From NCBI GenBank assembly GCA_964430885.1, contig CAYSHM010000004.1, positions 1 through 64,000 on the forward strand: DNA of 64,000 nucleotides, read 5' to 3'. Positions 45,877-55,738 of the stretch are shown here, piece after piece (within the stretch, counting starts at the first letter, position 1; the number at the start of each line of letters is the position of its first letter). The notes beneath the pieces were generated by a model. That model was given only the letters and a program-made list of their open reading frames with translations, was not told the origin of the DNA and did no database searches. Source of the stretch: an uncultured archaeon (lineage in GTDB: Archaea; Thermoplasmatota; Penumbrarchaeia; JASLWR01). The position numbers were made by a program, and so were the translations under genes.

Positions 45877-48800
45877 TCAATCCATGTATCTCTCCCAATC
45901 TATTTCGATCTCGTTGGAAGGCAGTTCGTCCTCCCATGGTTCCTGCTCTCCCATGGCGTTCCTTCTTTTTGTGTAAAGCGCAATAACGACGACTATGGCC
46001 AGAACTACAGCTAATATTATTATTATCAGTATGGCGAATCCAGAACCGCTAGTGGTCGGAGTTCCAGTGTCGCTGTGCTGCTCTGCCATTGGAGCGAAGA
46101 TGGTGAAATGGGTGACATTGGCATAGATAACATTGTTCTCAGTATCGATCCAGGTTTCCTCAGCCACCTGCCATCCGTTGCTGTTCTCGTCCCAGTAGTA
46201 CACCTTGAGACTATCTTCGCTGATCCCATAAGGCAGATCATCCTCTGAATAATCGATCATCATCCAGTACCAATTTATCTGCCCAGTTATATCTGCCTGA
46301 TATGTGTCCCCAATAAGATATTTATCTGTCGGCAGATCATCCTGTGCCTTCTGAGGCAAACCTGTGAGGTCCTTTAGCTTCCAGGATACTGTCCCCTCAC
46401 CGAAGAACTTGGCCTTGACCAGTCTTCTACCCAGTTCATCAAGGAAATCCACCTCCTTTACTGAATCAAGTGTCAGCGGGATCTCGGCTCTTTTGTCATA
46501 TCCTGCAGTGAATCTGATGCGACCATCCACAATCTCAGGGATAATTATTTGACCGCCTAGAGGTATGAACATGTTATTGGAGGCCGAAAAGCTGCTGCCG
46601 TGTTCAATCTTGTAGGCCGCAGGATAAATAAAGCCACCCTCCATCAATAGAGCATTGAACTCGCCTTCATGTTCTGAATCCAGGGTGAACCAGTTAGGTC
46701 TCTTTTCCAACCTTTTTGTATCAAGGATGTAGTAATGCACAGGGACCTTTAAAGGATCATTGGAGGTATCATTCTTCCAGATAAAGGCATGTGAGTCCCA
46801 GCGGAATTTTCCAATGTCCTGCCAGTTATCCTTGAAATATAGTCCATTATCCCCTGCTTCGCCCTTTTTCTCAATAAGACCCCAATAATCGATGTCCAGA
46901 AATATCTCAAGTTCCCTGAGTTTTTCCATAATTTGCTCGAACAGGGTTTCATTTATGCCGGAAATGTCCGCATTCTTTACGGCCCAGTAAATTATATAAT
47001 AAAGATCTTCTTCCGAAAGGGTTTTGTTCTCATATCCTTTGATCAAAGCTGCCAAAAACAGGGCCAAGTCTGCATGGGCCAGGTCCTGTTTTGATATCAG
47101 ATTAGATAAGATGATTTTGGCTATGATGTCACGGCCGATATGGTCTTTCTCTCTCAATGCCATAAGTAATCTGATGAGTTCATAACCCTCTATGGATCCA
47201 TGTTCATACAGCCATTTAACTATGCCAGTCAGGTTTTCCTCTTCGAATATTCCGTTTTCTCCCAGCATTTCTATGATGTGGGCAGTATCATCGATGGTGA
47301 TGACCGATGAATCCAGGCACATTCCCAGAAGCTCACCCAGGTGGGTTCTGTTGATCTCCTCACTGAGCAAACTTACCAACAGCAGTTCCGTGAACTCATC
47401 CAGGTCGAGTTCACCAGTGTAGTAGGCCTGACCTATGATCCATTTCACATCTTCCAATGTCAATTCGTTTTCCTTGAATGCCATGAACAGGATCCATCTG
47501 ACATCATCCAAAGTCAATTCCCCTTCCTCATAAGCATTGATCAGTATCCATTTCAAAATTGGTTTTGTCAAGAGCTCTTCATTGTAAGCGTGGATAATTA
47601 TCCATTTCATATCCTTTCGGGTCAATTTTCCTTCATTGTAGGCATGAACGATAAGCCATTTCACATCCTCTTTTGTAAGTTCTCCCTCATCATAAGCCTT
47701 GAAGATGATCCATTTCACATCCTCTCTTGTCAATTCCCCCTCCCCATAGGCATGGAAGATAAGCCATCTCAGATCGCTTCTTTCCAGTTCATCCTCGGAA
47801 TACATCATAACAGCCAGATACCAAAGGTCATCCCTTGTAAGCTCTCCTACCTTGTATGCGTGGAAAATGAGCCATCTCAGATCATCCCTTGTGAGATTTC
47901 CCTCCTCATATGAGGAGTGAAGCAGCCATTTCAGCTCATCTCTTGTCAGCATTCCATCATCATATAGAAGCACCAGCAGTTTTTTTACATGGGTCCTGTT
48001 CAGACCATTTTCCTTGTAGAGCATTACTATGATCCATTTCAGTTCGTGCTTGCTGAAATCACCGCTGGCATGAATATCCTTTATTATTCTCCGGATATCC
48101 TCGTGGGTGAGTTCCCCATTTCTGTAGAATAGCGATAACAGCGTTTTGAGTTCTTCGAGTTCAATGTTGCCATCCATATAGGCTTTGGATATGGCCCTTT
48201 TAAGATGGGTGATGTTGATAAGACCGTCATCAAAGGCCCTTTTCAGAAGAATGTGAATATTTTCCAGTTCAAATACATCTTCCATCTGAGCCCTGAAAAG
48301 GATGACTGTGAGATCGTCAATGGATATCTTTCCCTGATGCATGGCCCTGAAAAGGATATCATGTATGTCGTTGATGGATAGGTCGCTCTTATGGTAGGAG
48401 AGAACAAAGAAATCATAGAGTTCGTCAGTGGAGATCACTTCGTTCAAGAATGCATCCATGATCAGATCCCGCATCTCTGAAAAAGTGATGAATCCCTCGT
48501 CATAACCCCCTATGACCAGCCACGCATAGGTCCCGACTTCATCATCGATTGTGTGGTTGTAATGACCAAGGAATGCAACTGACAGCTCAAGTAGGTCCTG
48601 GTAACTTATTTCTCCTCTATTATAGGATTGGAAAAGGGCTAGCCTGATTTCATTCTCCTCGTCCTCATGATTTTTAAAAGCATTCATAATATTATCTATT
48701 ACATTCCCCATCTCCGTGTTGTCATTCTCAAGTATGCTCATATTGTTCTGGGCTGAATCGTAGACCGGGGGCTCGTTTGTTGTATCGTTGGAGTGCTGAT

Positions 48801-51800
48801 CGTTCGCTACATTCTCATTCTGCAGTTCTCCAAGAAGCTCATCGGTGCCGTTCTCGTCAATCTTTTCAGATAGGAAAGCCATTTGAAGTAGGCTGCCTAT
48901 ATCTGCATTGCTGAGATCACTGCTGCCGTGAAGATGAACAAGAGTGCCGTTGATGTCTGTAAGGGAGAACCCGATCCTTTTGTGAAGGTCAAACAGCATT
49001 ATGCGTAGATCGTCCAGGTCCATAAATGCATTATCGTCAGTATTAAGGCCAGCTTCGTTGCTCACCTTTGTTTCAGAATACAATCCGGCTATCACCAAGG
49101 CCATTCTATTATAACTCAAATGCTGATCTAGATGTACAAATATATCAGTTATATCCCGTCTTGTCAATCTATTCTCACTGAATGCTATGGTGAACAGCTG
49201 AACAAGCATTTCTTCATCCAGATAACTCTCGTTTATTCCGTGGGAAATGAATCTGATCCACGCCTCCAATTTCACACCGTCAATGTGGTAAGTATCTATT
49301 AGATGGTGGAGCAAAATTTCAGGTTCGAGTTCGTGAATTTCCTTAGTCCAGAATACCAGGCCGATCCATGTTCCCTCATCTATTACGCCTTTCTCGTAAA
49401 CAGCCTGAAGAAAACTAAGCCAAACCTGGTGCTCCATTATATCATCAAAATATAAATATTGAATAATTTCTTTTATCATATCCGAATCCAGATGGCCGTC
49501 CCTCTTGGCATGAGATAATATCTGAGCAATATCATCGAGTTGGATGTATCCATGGAGGTAACCGATATGCAGAAGTTCGGTCCATCTCTCCCATCCAAGC
49601 AGTTTCTGGTCGTAGACCATTTTCAATAGTTCCAGGTACTCATCACGGCCTATTTTCTCCTCGGAATGCATATCGAACAGTACCAAAAGCAGATCATGCT
49701 CGCTTATCATCTCAAGATCCAGAAGGGATTCCAGTATGTATAGGAAATCTCTTTTATCAAGGGCGCCGTGCTCGTATAGGACCTGCAGAACATCATAGAG
49801 CAGATCGAGGTGTACATCGCCGTGTATGAACTTCTCTATAATAATATCAACAATATCGTTCTTCTCGATCAGTCCTTCATTGTATCCGTGAAGTACCAGG
49901 TCGGCCCAATTCTCAGTTGTTATTACTTCTTTATCATGTATGAGGGTATAGATGTCCTTCCAGTAAAGGTTTTTATCATGGTAGGAAAGTTTTTTCAGAT
50001 AGGTCAATAGCTCTTCACAATCCAAATAACCTTCTGCGTGGGCCCATAGGAATATCTCCACAAGTTCTTCGGAAAGAATGATATCGTAACCATTCTCAAT
50101 GTATCTGTGCATCAGTTCCATTAGCTCGTACGCGTCCAGATCCAACTCCTTTTCTACCTTTATCAATATCCATATTATATCATGAGCATCAATGATGCCA
50201 TATCCATCTGCTTTGATCAGTATTAGCACCATATCGCTTTTGGTTATTATTCCCCTGTTATGGAGCACTATCAGCGTTTCCTTGATATGTTCCAGGGATA
50301 AACCCCTGTCCCTGAAGGCCTCGACCAGTGCAAGTATGTATTCGTCTATGGCCCCTTCACCCTTCTGTAGTTCGTTGATAGCTTCATCAAATTCAATTTC
50401 TTCATGAGAGTATATAACAGCCGATCCTGCTTCATCTTCCCCTTCTCGCCCGTCCAATTCTTTCTCCATTGCATATTCATCAAGATAATTAGCATCCCCG
50501 TCTCCTTCTATGCTCTCAAGCACCTCCTCCTTCAGCCAGGCAGGAACATAGGGTGATATGTGATTTCCCAGTAGTGTAAAACTTTTCATAAAAAGAGATG
50601 TATCCTTGAATCCCTCACTATTTGAGGCTGTTTCCTCATTAACTGGTTCCACATCCCAACCTATAATGCTCTTGCTGTAGCTGAACCTCAATTCTATCAA
50701 TACTCCTGTGCCGCCGTTTTCATAGCCCATTTTACTGCTGAATCCATCATCGGATACCTCGAAGTCATATGATGGGACCCTGTCAAGTGGAACTTCCTTT
50801 ATAACAAGCTCCATTTCAAAATCAAGCTGGAAGGAGTCGAGGACCTCCTCTGGTTGGTTGTATTCCTCTCGCGTCTTATCCTCCACAGCTCCTGGTGAAG
50901 CAGCATATTCATTTTCACCGTTGCCTGTTCCATTATCTTCATAGGTCTTGTATCCAATATTTTCTCTTGTAAGAGTGAATCCCCATACTTTCTTTTCGTG
51001 ATCGCTATTCTTATCAATTGTCTTGGATAGGGTCCATGCCCCTTCCAGGTTGACACTTCTCAGCAGCTCGTGCATCTCACTTTCCTCACTACTGGGATAT
51101 TCGTCCCCTTCCCTTGTCCTGGGACTTTCCGTTCCATCACTTTCCTCATAGGACCAGGTATCGTCATCCTCAAACTCATCGGGGTCAATATCATCATGCA
51201 CAGGTTCGTAGTAATCCTCTTTGAACTCGTAGATGCTGTCGAGTCTCTGGGAGAAAATTGTCTGGACAGGTATTCCGACCCCTTCTTCATCCAAATAATC
51301 ATCTGACCCCTCGATATCAGCCACTCCCGCATATCTGGTGTACATTGATACCAGGGTTATGGCGTTGGGGTTTTCCTCCGTGCCGTAGATGACTGCAAAG
51401 AAGGTATCCTTGTCCATATTGATACCTACATAGTTGCCGCCTCCCAGATAATCAGTGCGACCAGTATCCAGTATTATATCGGCAATATCCGGAAGTTCGG
51501 GAGATTTAATAATTCCTTCATTATTTGAATTGTCATCCTTTTCATCCTGGCTCGAATCTTCCTTTTTGTTACTTGCACCTTCGTCACCGCCGCCTTTCTC
51601 ATCATTTTTGTTACTGGGTTCCACTTCATTGTCCGGTTTTTCCTCTCCTTCGGAATATTCCTCGTTTGCACCTCCATGCTCACTGCCGGACGAATCGACT
51701 CCTCCGGCACTGCTGTTACCATCCTCCTCTATCATCAATGCCAGTACATTGCTTCCTATTCCAGCGGTAAGGAGCATCAACATCCCCAAAACGCAGATAA

Positions 51801-51837
51801 TCCCTCTTAATTTGTCAGTTTTCATAAATATCACCAT
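45877..51837 (-). CDS. Giant (1986 aa) type I membrane surface protein with a long array of 18-aa helical repeats
   Basis: Signal peptide, acidic linker, beta-rich domain, repeat array, LKVYYWD...THFTIFA domain, TM, KRR and acidic-Trp tail. Confidence 0.88.
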   Translation of the reverse strand: MVIFMKTDKLRGIICVLGMLMLLTAGIGSNVLALMIEEDGNSSAGGVDSSGSEHGGANEEYSEGEEKPDNEVEPSNKNDEKGGGDEGASNKKEDSSQDEKDDNSNNEGIIKSPELPDIADIILDTGRTDYLGGGNYVGINMDKDTFFAVIYGTEENPNAITLVSMYTRYAGVADIEGSDDYLDEEGVGIPVQTIFSQRLDSIYEFKEDYYEPVHDDIDPDEFEDDDTWSYEESDGTESPRTREGDEYPSSEESEMHELLRSVNLEGAWTLSKTIDKNSDHEKKVWGFTLTRENIGYKTYEDNGTGNGENEYAASPGAVEDKTREEYNQPEEVLDSFQLDFEMELVIKEVPLDRVPSYDFEVSDDGFSSKMGYENGGTGVLIELRFSYSKSIIGWDVEPVNEETASNSEGFKDTSLFMKSFTLLGNHISPYVPAWLKEEVLESIEGDGDANYLDEYAMEKELDGREGEDEAGSAVIYSHEEIEFDEAINELQKGEGAIDEYILALVEAFRDRGLSLEHIKETLIVLHNRGIITKSDMVLILIKADGYGIIDAHDIIWILIKVEKELDLDAYELMELMHRYIENGYDIILSEELVEIFLWAHAEGYLDCEELLTYLKKLSYHDKNLYWKDIYTLIHDKEVITTENWADLVLHGYNEGLIEKNDIVDIIIEKFIHGDVHLDLLYDVLQVLYEHGALDKRDFLYILESLLDLEMISEHDLLLVLFDMHSEEKIGRDEYLELLKMVYDQKLLGWERWTELLHIGYLHGYIQLDDIAQILSHAKRDGHLDSDMIKEIIQYLYFDDIMEHQVWLSFLQAVYEKGVIDEGTWIGLVFWTKEIHELEPEILLHHLIDTYHIDGVKLEAWIRFISHGINESYLDEEMLVQLFTIAFSENRLTRRDITDIFVHLDQHLSYNRMALVIAGLYSETKVSNEAGLNTDDNAFMDLDDLRIMLFDLHKRIGFSLTDINGTLVHLHGSSDLSNADIGSLLQMAFLSEKIDENGTDELLGELQNENVANDQHSNDTTNEPPVYDSAQNNMSILENDNTEMGNVIDNIMNAFKNHEDEENEIRLALFQSYNRGEISYQDLLELSVAFLGHYNHTIDDEVGTYAWLVIGGYDEGFITFSEMRDLIMDAFLNEVISTDELYDFFVLSYHKSDLSINDIHDILFRAMHQGKISIDDLTVILFRAQMEDVFELENIHILLKRAFDDGLINITHLKRAISKAYMDGNIELEELKTLLSLFYRNGELTHEDIRRIIKDIHASGDFSKHELKWIIVMLYKENGLNRTHVKKLLVLLYDDGMLTRDELKWLLHSSYEEGNLTRDDLRWLIFHAYKVGELTRDDLWYLAVMMYSEDELERSDLRWLIFHAYGEGELTREDVKWIIFKAYDEGELTKEDVKWLIVHAYNEGKLTRKDMKWIIIHAYNEELLTKPILKWILINAYEEGELTLDDVRWILFMAFKENELTLEDVKWIIGQAYYTGELDLDEFTELLLVSLLSEEINRTHLGELLGMCLDSSVITIDDTAHIIEMLGENGIFEEENLTGIVKWLYEHGSIEGYELIRLLMALREKDHIGRDIIAKIILSNLISKQDLAHADLALFLAALIKGYENKTLSEEDLYYIIYWAVKNADISGINETLFEQIMEKLRELEIFLDIDYWGLIEKKGEAGDNGLYFKDNWQDIGKFRWDSHAFIWKNDTSNDPLKVPVHYYILDTKRLEKRPNWFTLDSEHEGEFNALLMEGGFIYPAAYKIEHGSSFSASNNMFIPLGGQIIIPEIVDGRIRFTAGYDKRAEIPLTLDSVKEVDFLDELGRRLVKAKFFGEGTVSWKLKDLTGLPQKAQDDLPTDKYLIGDTYQADITGQINWYWMMIDYSEDDLPYGISEDSLKVYYWDENSNGWQVAEETWIDTENNVIYANVTHFTIFAPMAEQHSDTGTPTTSGSGFAILIIIILAVVLAIVVVIALYTKRRNAMGEQEPWEDELPSNEIEIDWERYMD
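46900..50400 (-). repeat. Degenerate 54-nt (18-aa) tandem coding repeats, consensus about ELTxEDLxWLIxxAYxEG
   Basis: ccatttcacatc recurs at 47440, 47656 and 47710 (offsets of 216 and 54 nt); best conserved between 47400 and 48120. Confidence 0.85.
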
Positions 51838-51880
51838 CCGTTTTCAAGACGATTATAGAATAAAAAGTTCATGAGTAGTA

Positions 51881-51946
51881 TATAAACTGTTTTGGTATAT
51901 ATGCGTGAGATATATCATGCTTCTTATAACGTGGGAACAGTTTATA
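51881..51946. promoter_or_regulatory. 11-bp inverted repeat containing mirror-image TATA-like boxes; likely promoter of the giant repeat gene
   Basis: TATAAACTGTT (51881-51891) and AACAGTTTATA (51936-51946). Confidence 0.45.
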
Positions 51947-51999
51947 GCTTGTAACTTAAGAGAAAATTCCACATAACTAAAGGAAAGAATGCACGAATT

Positions 52000-54819
52000 C
52001 TAAAGTAGTTCAATAGTTCTTTGGATTGCTTTAAGTGCTCCTTTTGATAACAGGGGATTTTCATCCTGGAATGCGACCAATTTTTCTTTAGCTTCTTTCC
52101 CTTTGTCCATAAGTTTGAGCAGTCTGGCTTGAATAATGTGCCCTTCAGATAGAATATCCATATTATCTGCGGAATTTCCCAATTCGATTAACTCATAGGT
52201 ACAACCCAAGGACTCTTGAATGTCATTTTTAAACCAATTCATACCGCATTTTAAAAGGAGAAGTTCCCGTTTCAGATTGATCATCCGAGGATCAAGTATG
52301 TCCTTACCCACGAATTTGGACAGTCTCCCTGCCTTATTTTCCTGCTTCTTGATAATTGCCAATCCACTGTCTATCTTTATTATGAGCTTGTCCAAAGGTA
52401 TCTCGTTCAAATCCACTGGATCCGATTGTTTAAGGAAGGATGTCCTGAAAACCCTGTTCAGTATTCCAAGATGGGCGAGTTCGCATTTCACCTCATTATA
52501 GATGATATCTGATATAACATGAGGCATTTGATAGGTTTCCAGGAGTCCTCTTGCTTTGGCAAATAATTTTTTAGCCTTTAGGTATTCGCCTTTGGAATAT
52601 AGACTCTCAGCAATCAATCTATTGAAGAGGGCTGTGAGATGGTCGTCCCTTCTTCCAGACTGGTTAAGTGCCTTTTTAGCCAGTTTTTCAGCTTTTTCCG
52701 GCAGGCCACAATCAATATAGGTTTTGATAAGGCCCAAATAGATCCTCCCTGCTCTGGCAAATCCGCCGTCTTCATTTGATGATATGCATTTTTCGATCTC
52801 ATTTTCAGCCTTTTTGAACCATTTGGACGCTTCATTATGATCCTGAAGAGATACCTGTTTGGCTATCTCCGTACAAACCCTAGCTTTTTCGAAGCTGTCA
52901 TTTGATGTGTACAGGCCTTTTTCAAGTTCTATGACCTTGGCATTCATGATATCGTGTTGGCGGACCTTCCGCTGCATCTCTTTTAGGGCTTGATATACTG
53001 ATTTTTTGGATATACTTCCCAATTTTCCTTTTCCCCAATAGTCCCATTTATTTTCCTTCAATAATCTTTCAGCCCTTTTCAGATGCTTTTTTGATCTTCT
53101 AATGTCCTTTTCCTGGTATGATATTTCAGACATGTAGACCTCAATGGAAGGGTGGGATTCCCCGATTTTTTTTCTGATCCTTGATAAGAACTCCTTGAGG
53201 ACCTGTGAATGAGGTCCGCGGGTAAGCCATAGGTCCGTCTCGGAAAGAGCTATAAGGGCCTTTTCAGCCGATCCAAGACTGATAAGATGATGCATATATT
53301 CCAGAAAATATATGTCCAGATCCTCAATAATTGATTTTGGGAGGTAATCGCCCTCCTTTTCCCGCTGAAATATCTCCTGAAGGTATTCCCCAAGGTAGTT
53401 GAGAAGTTCTTTCCGCTCCCTGTAGCCGATTTCCTTGGTAATGATCTCAGCTATATGATCATGTACTATATACAGTCCGCCTTCAGTACGGTCAACCAGA
53501 AGGATCGAGTTCAATTTCTCCATTAATTCAGTACCATTTGGTATAATATCTTCTTCCACAGGGACCGTGCACAGAGAAAGAGTTTTCAATAATTTGGTTG
53601 TGTCTTTTTCCAATCCGGCAAGAACCTCTCTTCCTAGTGAACCTTCCTTTCTTGCGGCGATATTTCCTGTCAGCACCTCTTCTTTCCTCAATAATTCCAC
53701 CTGCAACGGTATCCCACCAGTGGCTTTAAGGATCATATTACCCATCTTTTCATCCAATTTATCAGCCCTGCCAAAGATCCTGAGGGAAGCAAGCTGACAG
53801 CATTCAATTTGGGTCAATGGATTAAGCACTATCTTATTCACCCTTTCACCAAGCTTCAATGTGGAATAATCCATTTTTTTTGTTTTTCCCCTTGAAAGAA
53901 GCAAAAAAACTATGTGGCCGCAGCTGCTTGAGACAGTAAGGATCTCTTTTAGCATTTCCTCTAGGCCATCTGGTGCATTGTGCAGGTCGTCAAGGACAAT
54001 CAATATTTTTTTCAGCGATTCGCTGCGCCTGAGCGTTTCGGATAGTTTATCAGATTCAGACCTGTCGAGGAATTCAATCAATTCTTTTCTTAAGGACTCC
54101 AATCCATACCATTTTCTGAACCTTGCATAGAATATATTGTGGCTGGATTTCATTGATCTTATGATTTCACTGGCTAAGGCACTCTTGCCCATTCCGGCCA
54201 TGCCGTACACCCTAAAGCATCGGAAGCCTCCTTTAATCAAGAAGCTAATAATTTTCTTTATTGCGCTCTTTCTTCCAATGAATTCCCCTGTATTAACCAG
54301 ATCCGATAAATGGTGTTTTTTTCTAGATTCCTCCGAACTGCAAGTGGCCCCCCTATCATCCAAAAGATCTGGCAGTTGAGTAAGGTCAATAGTACTGTTT
54401 TTATTAGTCAATATATCAATAAGATGGAAATAAGATACATTTGGATTTATCTTCCTAGCCTCCCTGAAAACATTTAGTATTTTCATTCTTTTCTGTGCAT
54501 CGGCTATGATTACAAGGACGGATTCCCTTTCAATAAAATCAATTATCTTTTTCCCCTGTTCACATCCTGAAGATGACAGTCGATATGCTTTCATCTTTCT
54601 TTTCTGCCCTTTGAAATGGCTGTTCTTAGTCTCCAAAACACCATTTTTTTCCAATTCCTTAAGAGCTCGGGAAACATTGGACTGGGCCATGTTCAGGGCT
54701 TGGGATATCCCCTTCTGGGACACCTGGAGCGGCTGGACGAATTCTTCTCTAAGAGATCGGTATCTCATCAGCCAAAGAATAATTTTTTCTATGATGGATA
54801 GATTGATATTCAAGTTCAA
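52000..54819 (-). CDS. Winged-HTH + STAND (NB-ARC-like) NTPase + TPR-like regulator
   Basis: SQKGISQALNMAQSNVSRALKEL HTH; FIGR; Walker A GMAGMGKS; Walker B IVLDDLH; GGIPL (GxP); HD; helical C-terminus. Confidence 0.85.
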   Translation of the reverse strand: MNLNINLSIIEKIILWLMRYRSLREEFVQPLQVSQKGISQALNMAQSNVSRALKELEKNGVLETKNSHFKGQKRKMKAYRLSSSGCEQGKKIIDFIERESVLVIIADAQKRMKILNVFREARKINPNVSYFHLIDILTNKNSTIDLTQLPDLLDDRGATCSSEESRKKHHLSDLVNTGEFIGRKSAIKKIISFLIKGGFRCFRVYGMAGMGKSALASEIIRSMKSSHNIFYARFRKWYGLESLRKELIEFLDRSESDKLSETLRRSESLKKILIVLDDLHNAPDGLEEMLKEILTVSSSCGHIVFLLLSRGKTKKMDYSTLKLGERVNKIVLNPLTQIECCQLASLRIFGRADKLDEKMGNMILKATGGIPLQVELLRKEEVLTGNIAARKEGSLGREVLAGLEKDTTKLLKTLSLCTVPVEEDIIPNGTELMEKLNSILLVDRTEGGLYIVHDHIAEIITKEIGYRERKELLNYLGEYLQEIFQREKEGDYLPKSIIEDLDIYFLEYMHHLISLGSAEKALIALSETDLWLTRGPHSQVLKEFLSRIRKKIGESHPSIEVYMSEISYQEKDIRRSKKHLKRAERLLKENKWDYWGKGKLGSISKKSVYQALKEMQRKVRQHDIMNAKVIELEKGLYTSNDSFEKARVCTEIAKQVSLQDHNEASKWFKKAENEIEKCISSNEDGGFARAGRIYLGLIKTYIDCGLPEKAEKLAKKALNQSGRRDDHLTALFNRLIAESLYSKGEYLKAKKLFAKARGLLETYQMPHVISDIIYNEVKCELAHLGILNRVFRTSFLKQSDPVDLNEIPLDKLIIKIDSGLAIIKKQENKAGRLSKFVGKDILDPRMINLKRELLLLKCGMNWFKNDIQESLGCTYELIELGNSADNMDILSEGHIIQARLLKLMDKGKEAKEKLVAFQDENPLLSKGALKAIQRTIELL

Positions 54820-55568
54820 ACCTCAATTCCGCATTTCCTGCACTTGCTGGATAGCATGACATTAACCTTGGATTTGCATCTTAGGCATAGGTATTCTGCT
54901 CGGCAAGATATACACTTGGTAGCCATCAATGGCATGGGTTGGCTGCATTCAATACATCTGTACTTTTTACCGCAGAACCTGCAGTTCAATGAAAAACCTG
55001 AAATGAACTTGCTGCATTGGGGACATTGAACCTTGAAATTTCCTTTACATGTCCTGCATCGCCCGCTTCCCCTGCAAATTTTGCACGGTCTTCTAAGCAA
55101 ACCTCTTTTCCCTTTACCGGAACATTTTCTGCATTTAAGGGTATTCTTGCAGTCCGGGCAGAAAATTCCATATTCCTTTCTATTCCTCTTAACCTCTTTA
55201 AGCTGTTTTCCGGCCATTCTTTCCAGCTCTTCCTTTGATACCTCCTCAACATTCTCTTTTTCCTTATCGTAATATTTGTGTCCGTCATGATCTATCTCAT
55301 GGATCCCATCCACTCCAACCACCTTGACATTGTCCATTGTTATAACCTTTTCGTCTCTGCTCCAATCATATTCCTTGCTCACGCTGGACATGTCCCATTC
55401 CTTCACCTCTTCCTTCTGGTAGGCCACGAGGTCTACATCTTTGTAGTCTTTTACCTCATTCTTAGCTTCGTGATCTACGATTAGATGTGTTCCATCCATC
55501 CAGCCTTTTTCCTTTCCATCGTCTTTTTCATCCTTTCTCTTATTGTCTTTTTCCGACATACTGAACAA
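54816..55568 (-). CDS. Cys-rich zinc-ribbon protein (10 CxxC, including DnaJ-like CxxCxGxG)
   Basis: CPDC, CRKCSGKG, CKICRGSG, CRTCKG, CPQC, CRFC, CIEC, CISC, CLRC, CRKC; its stop overlaps the start of the STAND gene. Confidence 0.8.
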   Translation of the reverse strand: MFSMSEKDNKRKDEKDDGKEKGWMDGTHLIVDHEAKNEVKDYKDVDLVAYQKEEVKEWDMSSVSKEYDWSRDEKVITMDNVKVVGVDGIHEIDHDGHKYYDKEKENVEEVSKEELERMAGKQLKEVKRNRKEYGIFCPDCKNTLKCRKCSGKGKRGLLRRPCKICRGSGRCRTCKGNFKVQCPQCSKFISGFSLNCRFCGKKYRCIECSQPMPLMATKCISCRAEYLCLRCKSKVNVMLSSKCRKCGIEV

Positions 55569-55738
55569 TTATAGACCTTTCTTAATATAAACCAATTTTG
55601 TGTAGAAAATATCTTATTCAAATAGTATTTCAATGAGAATAATATATTTCATTCCTCAGGGCAGTATCATATTTATAAAGCTTGGATTACATACCGATTA
55701 AACGCAGTGAATTTAGATTATATGGAGGATGTAAATCT

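Noticed and set aside
47400-48120. 54-nt periodic DNA as a CRISPR-like array
   Set aside because: The units are degenerate at the DNA level, conserve an amino-acid pattern and lie within one long ORF, so this is a protein repeat.
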